Positions 1 to 8,320 of a stretch of DNA of 64,000 nt are shown one piece after another (the stretch's first letter is position 1; each line of letters starts with the position of its first letter). The stretch spans positions 4,945 to 68,944 of the forward strand of contig JBELHJ010000002.1 in the NCBI GenBank assembly GCA_042091495.1, written 5' to 3'. The stretch is from Bacteroidota bacterium. GTDB lineage: Bacteria > Bacteroidota > Bacteroidia > Flavobacteriales > Flavobacteriaceae. A model generated the notes under the pieces. That model was given only the letters and a program-made list of their open reading frames with translations. It had not been told where the DNA came from and ran no database searches. A program made the position numbers and the translations under genes.

Positions 1-963
1 ATTATTGCTAATTGACTCCAAATAAGAATACAATTTTACCTGTCCAAATTTTGTAAATTTTATAGCATTAGAAATTAAATTATTGATGATTTGAGATAAT
101 CTATTAGCATCTCCCACAAGTTGTTTTGGAATTGAAAAATCATGTTCCCATGTCAAATGAATATCTTTTGAGTCTGCCATTACTCTGTATAATTCAATAC
201 ATTTTTTTAAAGTATCATGAAGATAAAAAGACTTAGAGTTTAACTGAAATTGATCACTTTCAATTTTATTTATATCAAGCGTATTATTCACTAAATGCAT
301 CAAATTTTCACATGATGAACCAACTATTGATGTATATTTTTTTTGAACAGGATTCAGGTCAGTTTGAGATAACAAACCATTAAAGCCAACTATGGCGTTT
401 AAAGGCGTTCTTATTTCATGACTCATTTGAGATAAAAAATCCTTCCTTGCATTTGATATCTTTTTTAAGTCTTCTGATTCCTTTCTAAGTTTAATTAACT
501 TTAGGATAGTGCGGCTAATTTTAGATAATGACTCTTTTTGGAAATTATCTAAAACTCTGGGTTTTCTATCTATAGCACATAAGGTTCCTATAACTAAACC
601 GTCTTTATCCTCTAGTGGAGAACCTGCATAAAAACGTATTCCTGGATCACCAGTTACTAGGGGGTTATTTTTAAATCTATCGTCCTTTATAGCATCCTCA
701 ATTTCAAAGATTTGATTATCCATGATGGTATATTGACAAAATGAAATGTCTCTAGAGGTATAAGGCTCTTCTAAACCGTATTTTGATTTAAACCATTGGC
801 GTTTTTCATCAAGCAGGCTAATTAAAACGATTGGTACATCGAGTAACTTTGATGTTAATGATGTAAGATCATCAAACATGGGTTCTGCAACGGTATCAAG
901 AATTTTATAGGATTTTAAACGTTGAAGTCTTTCGACTTCATTTGTAGGTATTAGGTTACTCAT
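1..963 (-). CDS. GAF-domain sensor histidine kinase (partial; C-terminus runs off the window start)
   Basis: Absent from the ORF track because it has no in-window stop. My reverse-complement translation from ATG at 963 is open for all 321 codons: MSNLIPTNEVERLQRLKSYKILDTVAEPMFDDLTSLTSKLLDVPIVLISLLDEKRQWFKSKYGLEEPYTSRDISFCQYTIM (GAF-type N-terminus). H-box SHEIRTPLNAIVGF at about nt 361-423. N-box NNLISNAIKFT at about nt 50-90. Confidence 0.85.
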   Translation of the reverse strand, partial: MSNLIPTNEVERLQRLKSYKILDTVAEPMFDDLTSLTSKLLDVPIVLISLLDEKRQWFKSKYGLEEPYTSRDISFCQYTIMDNQIFEIEDAIKDDRFKNNPLVTGDPGIRFYAGSPLEDKDGLVIGTLCAIDRKPRVLDNFQKESLSKISRTILKLIKLRKESEDLKKISNARKDFLSQMSHEIRTPLNAIVGFNGLLSQTDLNPVQKKYTSIVGSSCENLMHLVNNTLDINKIESDQFQLNSKSFYLHDTLKKCIELYRVMADSKDIHLTWEHDFSIPKQLVGDANRLSQIINNLISNAIKFTKFGQVKLYSYLESISNN

Positions 964-1147
964 AATTACTGAGTTTTAGGTTGAGATTATGGGCGTTTAA
1001 ATATAGTAATAATAATCAATAACTTCAGCTTTTGATTTTAAAAGAAGCTAGTAAAGCATCTCACATAATATCAAAACATTTAATAAATTTGCTTTAGATA
1101 AATTTTAAAATCAATATTATATCCCCAATACTTGAAGTATTGAGATT

Positions 1148-1354
1148 TTAATCCCAATCCTCTTGTTCTAGCTTGAAAAGCGATGAAACCTCTATTTTAA
1201 AAATTGAGGCCAGTTTCAATGCTAAAACGGTTGAAGGAACATATTTTCCTAGCTCCATTGCATTAATAGTTTGCCTACTCACTCCTGCTCTTTTTGCGAG
1301 ATCCGCTTGTGTCATATCAAATTCGGCTCTTGCCACTTTTATTCTATTCTTCAT
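1148..1354 (-). CDS. small XRE-family helix-turn-helix transcriptional regulator (YozG-like)
   Basis: 68-aa ORF with HTH core MTQADLAKRAGVSRQTINAMELGKYVPS. Its ATG (1354) overlaps the stop (1344-1346) of the upstream membrane gene by 11 nt. Confidence 0.85.
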   Translation of the reverse strand: MKNRIKVARAEFDMTQADLAKRAGVSRQTINAMELGKYVPSTVLALKLASIFKIEVSSLFKLEQEDWD

Positions 1355-1820
1355 ATACCGAATTTTTAAATTGATACAACTTCCAATGAAATCTTATAAT
1401 AAAAAAGAACAAAATAGTGTACATATTAAAAATCATGACCCACATAAACGACATTCCATTTACAAACAAAAATGCAAACAATAAGACCAAGTAGTTTGCA
1501 TAAACAGACCATACCAAAGATTCTAGCCTAAGCTTTGAAATATACTCATCTTCATCTTCTAATCTTGAAAATCCTACAAACAAACCACTAACAATCATCA
1601 AAACTCCTAATAAATCATTTAAAATATTAATTTCAACAAGCTTGAACCATCCTCCATTACCAAATATTAATGGATCATTATACAACGTCGGAAATTTAAC
1701 ATCCAACCAACTGGGCTCCCAATCATACAAAACAGTTAAAAAACCTAAAATTAATGTTGGAAAAAAAACAATCCAACCTGTAGACTTGTAACGGGTAGGA
1801 AATAAATAAGGTAATTTCAT
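1344..1820 (-). CDS. four-TM membrane protein, DUF2975-like partner of the XRE regulator
   Basis: 158 aa with four hydrophobic segments (WIVFFPTLILGFLTVLY, LLGVLMIVSGLFVGF, VYANYLVLLFAFLFV, FMWVMIFNMYTILFFFII). Gene order (membrane protein then tiny XRE) matches the common DUF2975/HTH pair. The family name is by recollection, not a search. Confidence 0.55.
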   Translation of the reverse strand: MKLPYLFPTRYKSTGWIVFFPTLILGFLTVLYDWEPSWLDVKFPTLYNDPLIFGNGGWFKLVEINILNDLLGVLMIVSGLFVGFSRLEDEDEYISKLRLESLVWSVYANYLVLLFAFLFVNGMSFMWVMIFNMYTILFFFIIRFHWKLYQFKNSVYEE

Positions 1821-1843
1821 AATTAAAAATTTAACACTCCAAA

Positions 1844-1906
1844 TGTAAAAAATAAATTACATAATGTAAAATATACTTTACTTTTTGTAAAAAATTTATG
1901 CCTTTT
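1844..1906 (-). promoter_or_regulatory. three phased TGTAAAAWAT repeats (21-nt spacing), putative operator/promoter region of the DUF2975-XRE operon
   Basis: TGTAAAA starts at 1844, 1865 and 1886 (exactly 21 nt apart). The first and third 10-mers are identical (TGTAAAAAAT). Copy 1 forms TGTAA-N8-TTACA (1844-1861) and copy 2 forms GTAAA-N6-TTTAC (1866-1881). The region lies 24-86 nt upstream of the start at 1820. Confidence 0.35.
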
Positions 1907-1927
1907 TAAATTTTTAATTATTTAAAA

Positions 1928-3643
1928 TCAAGGTGTTACACTTAATAAAATATTATCAAAATCGGCAAAATCTTTTGACATTGAATGTAGTCCGCTAGAA
2001 AAGGGACCTAAATGTGCACCGGTATACCCCTTGCTAATTAAAATATGAGCTGGAGTTTTTGTGAATTCTTGAAAGTTGGTGTGGTTCGTTTTATAAAAAA
2101 AGGTGTATTCATCTTTGTTCGCCTCAATTTTAAATTGAATTTTACCTTGATAACCCTCTAAATATTTAGAAGCTATGGTAGTTACATCTTGTTGATCTGG
2201 CGATTTTACTTTTAATTCAAGTTGTAATCCCTTATTTGATGATGATACAGAAAAAATAAGATAATAATTATCCTTTTGAACCCATGCTATTCCAGCTTCT
2301 GAGCTTTTGTTTTTTGGATCAAACCACATATCAGCTTCAAATTTAAAAACAGACTGGGTCTGTTTAATTCCAAGAAAATTATATGAGGTTCTTTTTTTAA
2401 AAACCGTTTTATTACAGAATAACCTTAAAAAACCAGGATGAGAAGTTAAGCTAAATCCATTGGTATCAGGTACTCTTATAAAATTCCATGAATTGTTTAA
2501 TGAGGTTGCATCAAATCCCTCTTTAAAATCTGAAGTTGGGCTTTGTAGTCTATTTTCAAAAGGTATATCATTAAATTTTTGAATTGTTCCTGTAGCTGTT
2601 TGAATAACTGGCCATTCATAACGAGGTGTTTTCCAATCGAATGGTTCTTTTTCCCATTGTACAGGAACTAAATGGGTTTCCCTACCCATATTGGAGCCTC
2701 TATTAATATCACCTCTAACACCAAGAGCTACCATATACCATCTGCCATCATCTAAAGCAAACAAATCGGCATGGCCCACACTATGCACCCAATTATCATA
2801 AGATAGATGGCGTGTGGTTAAAACAGGATTTCTATCATTTGATTCATAAGGACCTATTATAGATGAGCTGGCAGCAAGCATTACAGCATGATTAAAACTA
2901 GTCCCCCCTTCAGCTATGAGTAAATAATACACGCCGTTGCGTTTATATAAATGTGGTCCTTCTGCCCATAAGCCACCGCATGCACCGCGCCATAACAAAT
3001 AACGTTCTCCAATTAGTGACCAATTATCTGGATTTAACTCCTGAAGCCATATTTCACCTTCACCTTGAAAATTTGGATTTTCGGGCATTTGATTTCCCAC
3101 ATACCATACCCGGCCATCGTTATCAAAAAATAAATCAGGGTCAATACCTGGTGCACCTTTTATGACAATAGGGTCGGACCAAGGACCTTCAGGTGTTTTT
3201 GATTTTAAAATAAAATTGACAAAATCAGTGGTTTTAGTTTGAGCATGATGGTAAACATTGGTGGTTATGATATAAAACCATCCCTTATAATATCTAATTG
3301 AAGGGGCATGAATACCACCATCAGATTGGACATCAAGAAGATTCACATCACCAGAACATTGACTTGGCCTATGCAATCCGTGACCAACTAGCTCCCAGTT
3401 GACTAAATCTTTACTTTTATGAATTGGTAAACCAGGAAAATACTCAAATGAGGAATTAACCATATAAAATGTATCACCTACCCTACATATAGAAGGGTCA
3501 GGATAGCCACCTGGCAATATGGGATTTTCAAATTGATTTTGAGCTAAACAATAATTAGAATAAAGCAGTAATAACGCACCTAGCACACAAACACTCAAAT
3601 GTGCTCTATCAAAATACGCTTTGATTTTGTATCTTATTACCAC
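1928..3643 (-). CDS. glycoside hydrolase family 43 (XynB-like beta-xylosidase/alpha-L-arabinofuranosidase) with C-terminal beta-sandwich domain
   Basis: 571 aa. Signal peptide, then NPILPGGYPDPSICRVGDTFYMVNSSFEYFPGLPIHKSKDLVNW and EGPHLYKRNGVYYLLIAEGGT, both typical GH43 five-bladed propeller signatures. GTG start, 14 nt after the upstream amylase stop. Confidence 0.85.
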   Translation of the reverse strand: MVIRYKIKAYFDRAHLSVCVLGALLLLYSNYCLAQNQFENPILPGGYPDPSICRVGDTFYMVNSSFEYFPGLPIHKSKDLVNWELVGHGLHRPSQCSGDVNLLDVQSDGGIHAPSIRYYKGWFYIITTNVYHHAQTKTTDFVNFILKSKTPEGPWSDPIVIKGAPGIDPDLFFDNDGRVWYVGNQMPENPNFQGEGEIWLQELNPDNWSLIGERYLLWRGACGGLWAEGPHLYKRNGVYYLLIAEGGTSFNHAVMLAASSSIIGPYESNDRNPVLTTRHLSYDNWVHSVGHADLFALDDGRWYMVALGVRGDINRGSNMGRETHLVPVQWEKEPFDWKTPRYEWPVIQTATGTIQKFNDIPFENRLQSPTSDFKEGFDATSLNNSWNFIRVPDTNGFSLTSHPGFLRLFCNKTVFKKRTSYNFLGIKQTQSVFKFEADMWFDPKNKSSEAGIAWVQKDNYYLIFSVSSSNKGLQLELKVKSPDQQDVTTIASKYLEGYQGKIQFKIEANKDEYTFFYKTNHTNFQEFTKTPAHILISKGYTGAHLGPFSSGLHSMSKDFADFDNILLSVTP

Positions 3644-3657
3644 TTTTAAAAAATTTA

Positions 3658-5010
3658 TTACAATCTCGAATATACTTTAAATCCGTTTGACGGAATTGTT
3701 AAAGGAGTTTCATTTAAAGTTAATTCATATTTCAAAAAGAAATCTTTAAAGTTACCTGCTAAATCTGATTTTATTTCTTTTTGATTTTCAGACAAATTAA
3801 TAAAAACTACAATTTCATTTTCTGCTTTAGTTCTTGTAAAGGCTATAACCTCTTTATCATCTGTATCTAAAAAAGTTAAGTCTGCAGCTTCTTTACCTCC
3901 ATGTAATGCTGGATTTTGTTTTAATACGGCCAACTGCTCAAGTAATTGCCAAGCCTCTCCTTTTGTTTTTGGAATTTGATCTTTTTCAAAAAACTTAAGT
4001 CGGTGATTCATACCATATTCTTGACCTGAATAAATTAATGGCATTCCTGGTAAGGTGTATGATAAAACCGTTATGGCTGGTGCTGCGCTACCCATACGCT
4101 CTTCAATTGTACCATTCCATGAATTTTCGTCATGATTTGTTACAAAATTCATTAACATATCGTTGGCTTCAAAAGTGTCATTAATTTTAGAAACATACGT
4201 TTTTAAATCTTCAGCATTAGCCTCACCTTTAGCCAATTGGTTTAATAAATGATGTCCAGACCATGCATAACTCATGTCAAACAAAGGGTCTTTATTTAAT
4301 TCTGCTTTCTCAGCTTCAGCAAGCATGAAAACAGAATGCTTTGCTCTTAATCTAGGAATGGCTTTTTCCCAAAATGTTGTTGGTACTTCACTGGCTACAT
4401 CACATCTAAAACCATCAATATTTTCTTTTTCAACCCAATACATCATGTCTGCAATCATGGCCTTTTGCATATCCATGTTGTCATAATTTAAGTCAGCCAC
4501 ATCGGTCCAATCTGTAGCATCTGGATGAATAATTTCGCCTGCCGCATTATGTGTATAAAAATCTGGGTGATTAACAATCCACTGGTGATCCCAGCCGGTA
4601 TGATTGGGTACCCAATCAAGAATCACAAACATATCATTATCATGAATTGTTTTTACAAGTGTTCTAAAATCTTCAATAGAACCAAATTCGGGATTTACTT
4701 TAGTGTAATCTGAAACTGCGTAATAACTTCCCAATGGTCCTTTACGTCTAGCTTCAGAAATTGGAAATACTGGCATAAGCCAAATCACTTTTACGCCTAG
4801 GGCTTTAAGTTTAGGCACATCGGCAGTAAAAGCATTAAAAGAGCCCTCTTGTGAATATTGTCTGATATTTGCTTCATAAATAACAGCAGTTTCTAAATCA
4901 TTATCAGTAATAGATTTGATGGTGCTATCTGGTTGTGAAACCACATCGATTTTAGGGTTTTTACATCCAATAATTGCAATTGATAATATACTTAATAGAA
5001 TCTTTTTCAT
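3658..5010 (-). CDS. GH13 alpha-amylase family lipoprotein
   Basis: 450 aa. Lipobox SIAIIGC. GH13 conserved regions DWVPNH, GFRCDVASE, MLAEAE, FVTNHD. Confidence 0.9.
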   Translation of the reverse strand: MKKILLSILSIAIIGCKNPKIDVVSQPDSTIKSITDNDLETAVIYEANIRQYSQEGSFNAFTADVPKLKALGVKVIWLMPVFPISEARRKGPLGSYYAVSDYTKVNPEFGSIEDFRTLVKTIHDNDMFVILDWVPNHTGWDHQWIVNHPDFYTHNAAGEIIHPDATDWTDVADLNYDNMDMQKAMIADMMYWVEKENIDGFRCDVASEVPTTFWEKAIPRLRAKHSVFMLAEAEKAELNKDPLFDMSYAWSGHHLLNQLAKGEANAEDLKTYVSKINDTFEANDMLMNFVTNHDENSWNGTIEERMGSAAPAITVLSYTLPGMPLIYSGQEYGMNHRLKFFEKDQIPKTKGEAWQLLEQLAVLKQNPALHGGKEAADLTFLDTDDKEVIAFTRTKAENEIVVFINLSENQKEIKSDLAGNFKDFFLKYELTLNETPLTIPSNGFKVYSRL

Positions 5011-5018
5011 AATAAATT

Positions 5019-7397
5019 TTAAGTTTTGATTGTTATTTTAATAGTTTGAGATGTATCCCAATTTAAAGGAATACTTAATTTAGAAGTTTCATTATTGAAT
5101 TTATAGGGAATGGAATTACCATTTAATAAAACGCTATTTATATTGTCTTGAAGATGATGAAAAACAAAATCTATAGATTTAGTGTTTGTTTTAAAATTGT
5201 GGCCATTTTTAGCAGTCATTTTGATAGTCATCGCTTTGTCATAATAATTGACTTCAAAGTTTAGTATTTCATACATCCCTTTAGTTATTGCCTCTGCGGT
5301 TAGTCCATCATCGTTATACATGGAATAACTAGAGTCTTTTTTATCTAAACTGTGATAGTAATGGAGCTCAAAAGCATTGCCATTATAATCATTGGTGGTT
5401 TTTAAATGCTTAGCCATGGGCACAAAACTTCCTGCTTTAACAAAAGTGGGTATATAATCTTTAGAAGTATCCACCATTTGAGATCCACCCCCACTGTAAA
5501 TAGTACCATTATAAAAATCATACCAATCCCCAGGGGGGAAATAAACTTCTTGATTTTTAGTCTGAGATATCATTACAGGGCTTACCAGAAAAGCGTCTCC
5601 CCATAAATAGGAGTCACAATAAGTATTTAATACAGGGTTATTATCAGAGAAAAACAGTGGGCGCATCATAGGAATCCCTGTTACGTGATTCTTAAAACTT
5701 AAATCATAATTATAGGGTAACAACTTATACCTTAGGTCTATTGCTTTTTTTGATAATCCTTTAGCCTCATAAGATCTGTAAACCGGTTCACTAGGCACCT
5801 CCTCTTGGGCATGTGGTCTAAAAATAGGCTGAAATACACCATACTGCAACCACCTTACATAGAGTTCATCATCTAAATTTGCTCCTGCAAAACCTCCCAA
5901 ATCAGAGTGCATATAGGCCATACCCTGCATTCCCATTTGAAGTGCTATTTCAGGTTGTGATTGTAAACCACCCCAGGTTCTATTGACATCGCCAGACCAA
6001 GGAATCATACCAAATCGCTGTGATCCAGAATAGCCTGCACGCATTAAAATAAATGGGCGCTCATTGGGGTAATCTTTTTTGTAGCCTTCATAAATCATTC
6101 GCGCCCAATCATGTCCATAAATATTATGTAAAGCTTGAGCACTACCTTTAGCATGAACTAAATCATCTGGGTGAACTTCGGGCTCTCCTAAATCTCCCCA
6201 AACACCCATAATACCTTTATCATGAAGTCTTTTGTAAATAGACCAAAACCAATCGCGACCAGATCCACTATAGATATCAATTAACCCTGTATGGCCAAAA
6301 TAAAAATCATAAGTATAAGGTTCTCCGGTTTTGGTTTTTGCTAAAACATCATTTTTTACAGCCTCGTCCCACTTACCTGATGTTTTTAAAATAAAAGGTT
6401 CTGTTATAGTGATGGTTTTTATGCCTTTTTGATTTAAATCAGCCACCATTTTCTCAAAATCTGGAAAAGAATCACGATCAACCTCCAAATTACCCATAGT
6501 CCCTGTTATGGTTTTTCCAAACCAATACAAATCCAGAATAACAGCATCTAAAGGAATTACATTGGTCTCATAGTCTTTTACAAGTTGTTCTACTTCTTTT
6601 TGAGAATGGTAACCGAAACGGCTGGCAAAATTTCCTAAAGCCCATCTGGGCGGTATAGGTTGTCTTCCTGTCAAACCTGTATAGGCTTCTGTTAATTCCT
6701 CCCAAGAATCAGCAGCAATGACCTGATAGGTTTTTCTTCCACTTACTGTGGCATAGGTAATTGAATTATCTTTATTACTGTCTAGGTCTAAATAACCAAT
6801 TGCTGTATTGTCAAAATGAAGTGCATACTTTTTTGATGACATTACCACGGGCATAGTAAAGTTCATCAATTCTGAGTGTGTTTCATATCCATAATGCGCT
6901 TTGTTGTATAATTCCAGTTTATACCCCCTACGATTCATCCCCAAAGCTCTTGCACCTCCTCCATATAAAACCTCATCATCAGAGATTGTAAAATGTAGTT
7001 TTTCATGTGTTTCATCTTTTGAGTAGCCAATACTCTCCTCAATAAGGAATTCTTTTCTGAAATTGTAACTGATCTTAAAAGGCGCTTTATTAATTACTAA
7101 AACTATACCGGTAGTTGACAACGAAATGGATGCTTTATCTTCAGAATAAGTGACATTTTGAGGTATAGGATTGTTTAGTGCATGAGATTGACTTGTATAA
7201 TTCTCTCCATGAGGTAAAAAAGAAGTCTCAATAATTTCATCAGAAAAAACAGTAAATCTATAAGTGCCATCAGTAACAGAAACTCTAAGAATATTATCCT
7301 TGAATTGTGCCTTTAAAAAATTGCGGTCTACAGATTGCTCAGCAAAAACAAAACAACACGTGAATAAACACCATATTAAGCTTAAACTATTTTTCAT
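5019..7397 (-). CDS. GH31 alpha-glucosidase
   Basis: Motifs GVWGDLGEPE and RFGMIPWSGDV. I place the start at the second Met (MKNSLSLIWCLF signal peptide) at 7397, because it forms an ATGA overlap with the upstream esterase stop (7394-7396). Confidence 0.9.
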   Translation of the reverse strand: MKNSLSLIWCLFTCCFVFAEQSVDRNFLKAQFKDNILRVSVTDGTYRFTVFSDEIIETSFLPHGENYTSQSHALNNPIPQNVTYSEDKASISLSTTGIVLVINKAPFKISYNFRKEFLIEESIGYSKDETHEKLHFTISDDEVLYGGGARALGMNRRGYKLELYNKAHYGYETHSELMNFTMPVVMSSKKYALHFDNTAIGYLDLDSNKDNSITYATVSGRKTYQVIAADSWEELTEAYTGLTGRQPIPPRWALGNFASRFGYHSQKEVEQLVKDYETNVIPLDAVILDLYWFGKTITGTMGNLEVDRDSFPDFEKMVADLNQKGIKTITITEPFILKTSGKWDEAVKNDVLAKTKTGEPYTYDFYFGHTGLIDIYSGSGRDWFWSIYKRLHDKGIMGVWGDLGEPEVHPDDLVHAKGSAQALHNIYGHDWARMIYEGYKKDYPNERPFILMRAGYSGSQRFGMIPWSGDVNRTWGGLQSQPEIALQMGMQGMAYMHSDLGGFAGANLDDELYVRWLQYGVFQPIFRPHAQEEVPSEPVYRSYEAKGLSKKAIDLRYKLLPYNYDLSFKNHVTGIPMMRPLFFSDNNPVLNTYCDSYLWGDAFLVSPVMISQTKNQEVYFPPGDWYDFYNGTIYSGGGSQMVDTSKDYIPTFVKAGSFVPMAKHLKTTNDYNGNAFELHYYHSLDKKDSSYSMYNDDGLTAEAITKGMYEILNFEVNYYDKAMTIKMTAKNGHNFKTNTKSIDFVFHHLQDNINSVLLNGNSIPYKFNNETSKLSIPLNWDTSQTIKITIKT

Positions 7398-8320
7398 GGG
7401 TTTAGTAAAAAATTTACAGGTTGATTTAATCGAGAACGCCAAGCATCCTCTGAATGATTTGCCCCCTCAAAAAATAGTTGTTTATAATTGGAGCTGCTGT
7501 AACCTTTATCATACATTATTTGATCAACTAAAGGTGCATATTTTGGATAATATTTATCCAATGATTGATTTCCATAATCAAAATAAAATTTATGAAATCC
7601 TGATTTTGGAATATTAACTTTAAAATAATGTAATAGTAAATCTGATAAAAGATTACTATCATAAATGTGAGCGCCGGGCCAATGAGTGGAAAGACATGCA
7701 GCACCACCAAATATTTGAGGGTACCTACATACTGCATATAAAGAAATGAGCCCTCCCATACTAGACCCCATTACAAAAGTGTCTTTGGCAGCAGTTGAAA
7801 CATTAAAACGATTATCAATGTAAGGCTTCAACTCCTCAATTATAAATTTTAAATAGTTATCTGCTAAAAGAGAATCAATATATTTATTAGAGTCTAATAA
7901 CTTATTTATTGTTTGTTGCTGATTTTCATCTGAAATCGAAAAGGCTTGTTCTGGAAAATACTCATACCAACGTAACTTGGGATGGTTATGAATACCAACT
8001 ACTATAAACGGTGGCGTTTCTTGATTAATTTGTAATTGAGTAGCCCATTCATCTACACCCCACTCTTGACCATTCCAGGTTGTTTTGGCATCGAAAAGCA
8101 TTTGACCGTCATGCATATAAATCACTTTATACAACTGATTCTCATTGTAGTTATCAGGCAACCATACATTCACATTACGATTAGAAATATAAACTGAAGG
8201 AAACGCTTTAATTTGAATAATTTCACCACCAGATAAATCATAAGTAGCAACAGATTCTTCAATATTTTGAGCATTTAGTAGACTACTCAAAAAAAACAAT
8301 ATGTAGATTATTCTATGCAT
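7394..8320 (-). CDS. secreted alpha/beta-hydrolase, putative esterase (esterase-D/enterochelin-esterase-like fold)
   Basis: Signal peptide MHRIIYILFFLSSLLNAQN. Nucleophile elbow GSSMGG. Start placed at ATG 8320, which shares one nt with the TAA of the upstream GH13 (TAATG). Confidence 0.75.
   Translation of the reverse strand: MHRIIYILFFLSSLLNAQNIEESVATYDLSGGEIIQIKAFPSVYISNRNVNVWLPDNYNENQLYKVIYMHDGQMLFDAKTTWNGQEWGVDEWATQLQINQETPPFIVVGIHNHPKLRWYEYFPEQAFSISDENQQQTINKLLDSNKYIDSLLADNYLKFIIEELKPYIDNRFNVSTAAKDTFVMGSSMGGLISLYAVCRYPQIFGGAACLSTHWPGAHIYDSNLLSDLLLHYFKVNIPKSGFHKFYFDYGNQSLDKYYPKYAPLVDQIMYDKGYSSSNYKQLFFEGANHSEDAWRSRLNQPVNFLLNP

Noticed and set aside
1126-1145. Short hairpins considered as terminators: CAATACTT-GAA-GTATTG after the XRE gene, and AAGCCT...AGGCTT at about 43107-43133 after aroE.
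   Set aside because: The stems are only 6 bp and AT-rich or have long loops. Neither is followed by a T-tract on the relevant strand.
1173-1484. 103-aa plus-strand ORF overlapping the XRE and membrane genes. The same applies to similar short ORFs antisense to long genes: 2953-3165, 4274-4486, 4525-4713, 5406-5606, 7264-7617, 7528-7737, 10016-10240, 12123-12308, 13282-13494, 15862-16050, 18195-18395, 18918-19109, 19825-20154, 21355-21537, 24712-24900, 27458-27643, 29265-29447, 31832-32119, 32055-32240, 42057-42257, 44320-44634, 46644-46967, 49748-49942, 49869-50057, 58922-59104, 59922-60122, 60953-61141.
   Set aside because: Each lies wholly inside, and mostly antisense to, a long ORF with clear family motifs. 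They have low-complexity or hydrophobic shadow-frame composition, no recognisable motifs and no independent start context. They are typical six-frame artefacts of AT-rich DNA.
7398-7442. N-terminal extensions in the ORF track. Examples: GH31 to 7442, esterase to 8341, LacI to 15769, amidohydrolase from 28286, TrmH from 29651, M48 from 30426, RelA/SpoT from 31720, Fur from 33979, GT4 from 53216, CtaA from 56268.
   Set aside because: The extensions use TTG/GTG or upstream in-frame codons and overlap the preceding gene or a promoter box. Internal ATGs give proper signal peptides or N-termini and classic ATGA/TAATG junctions.
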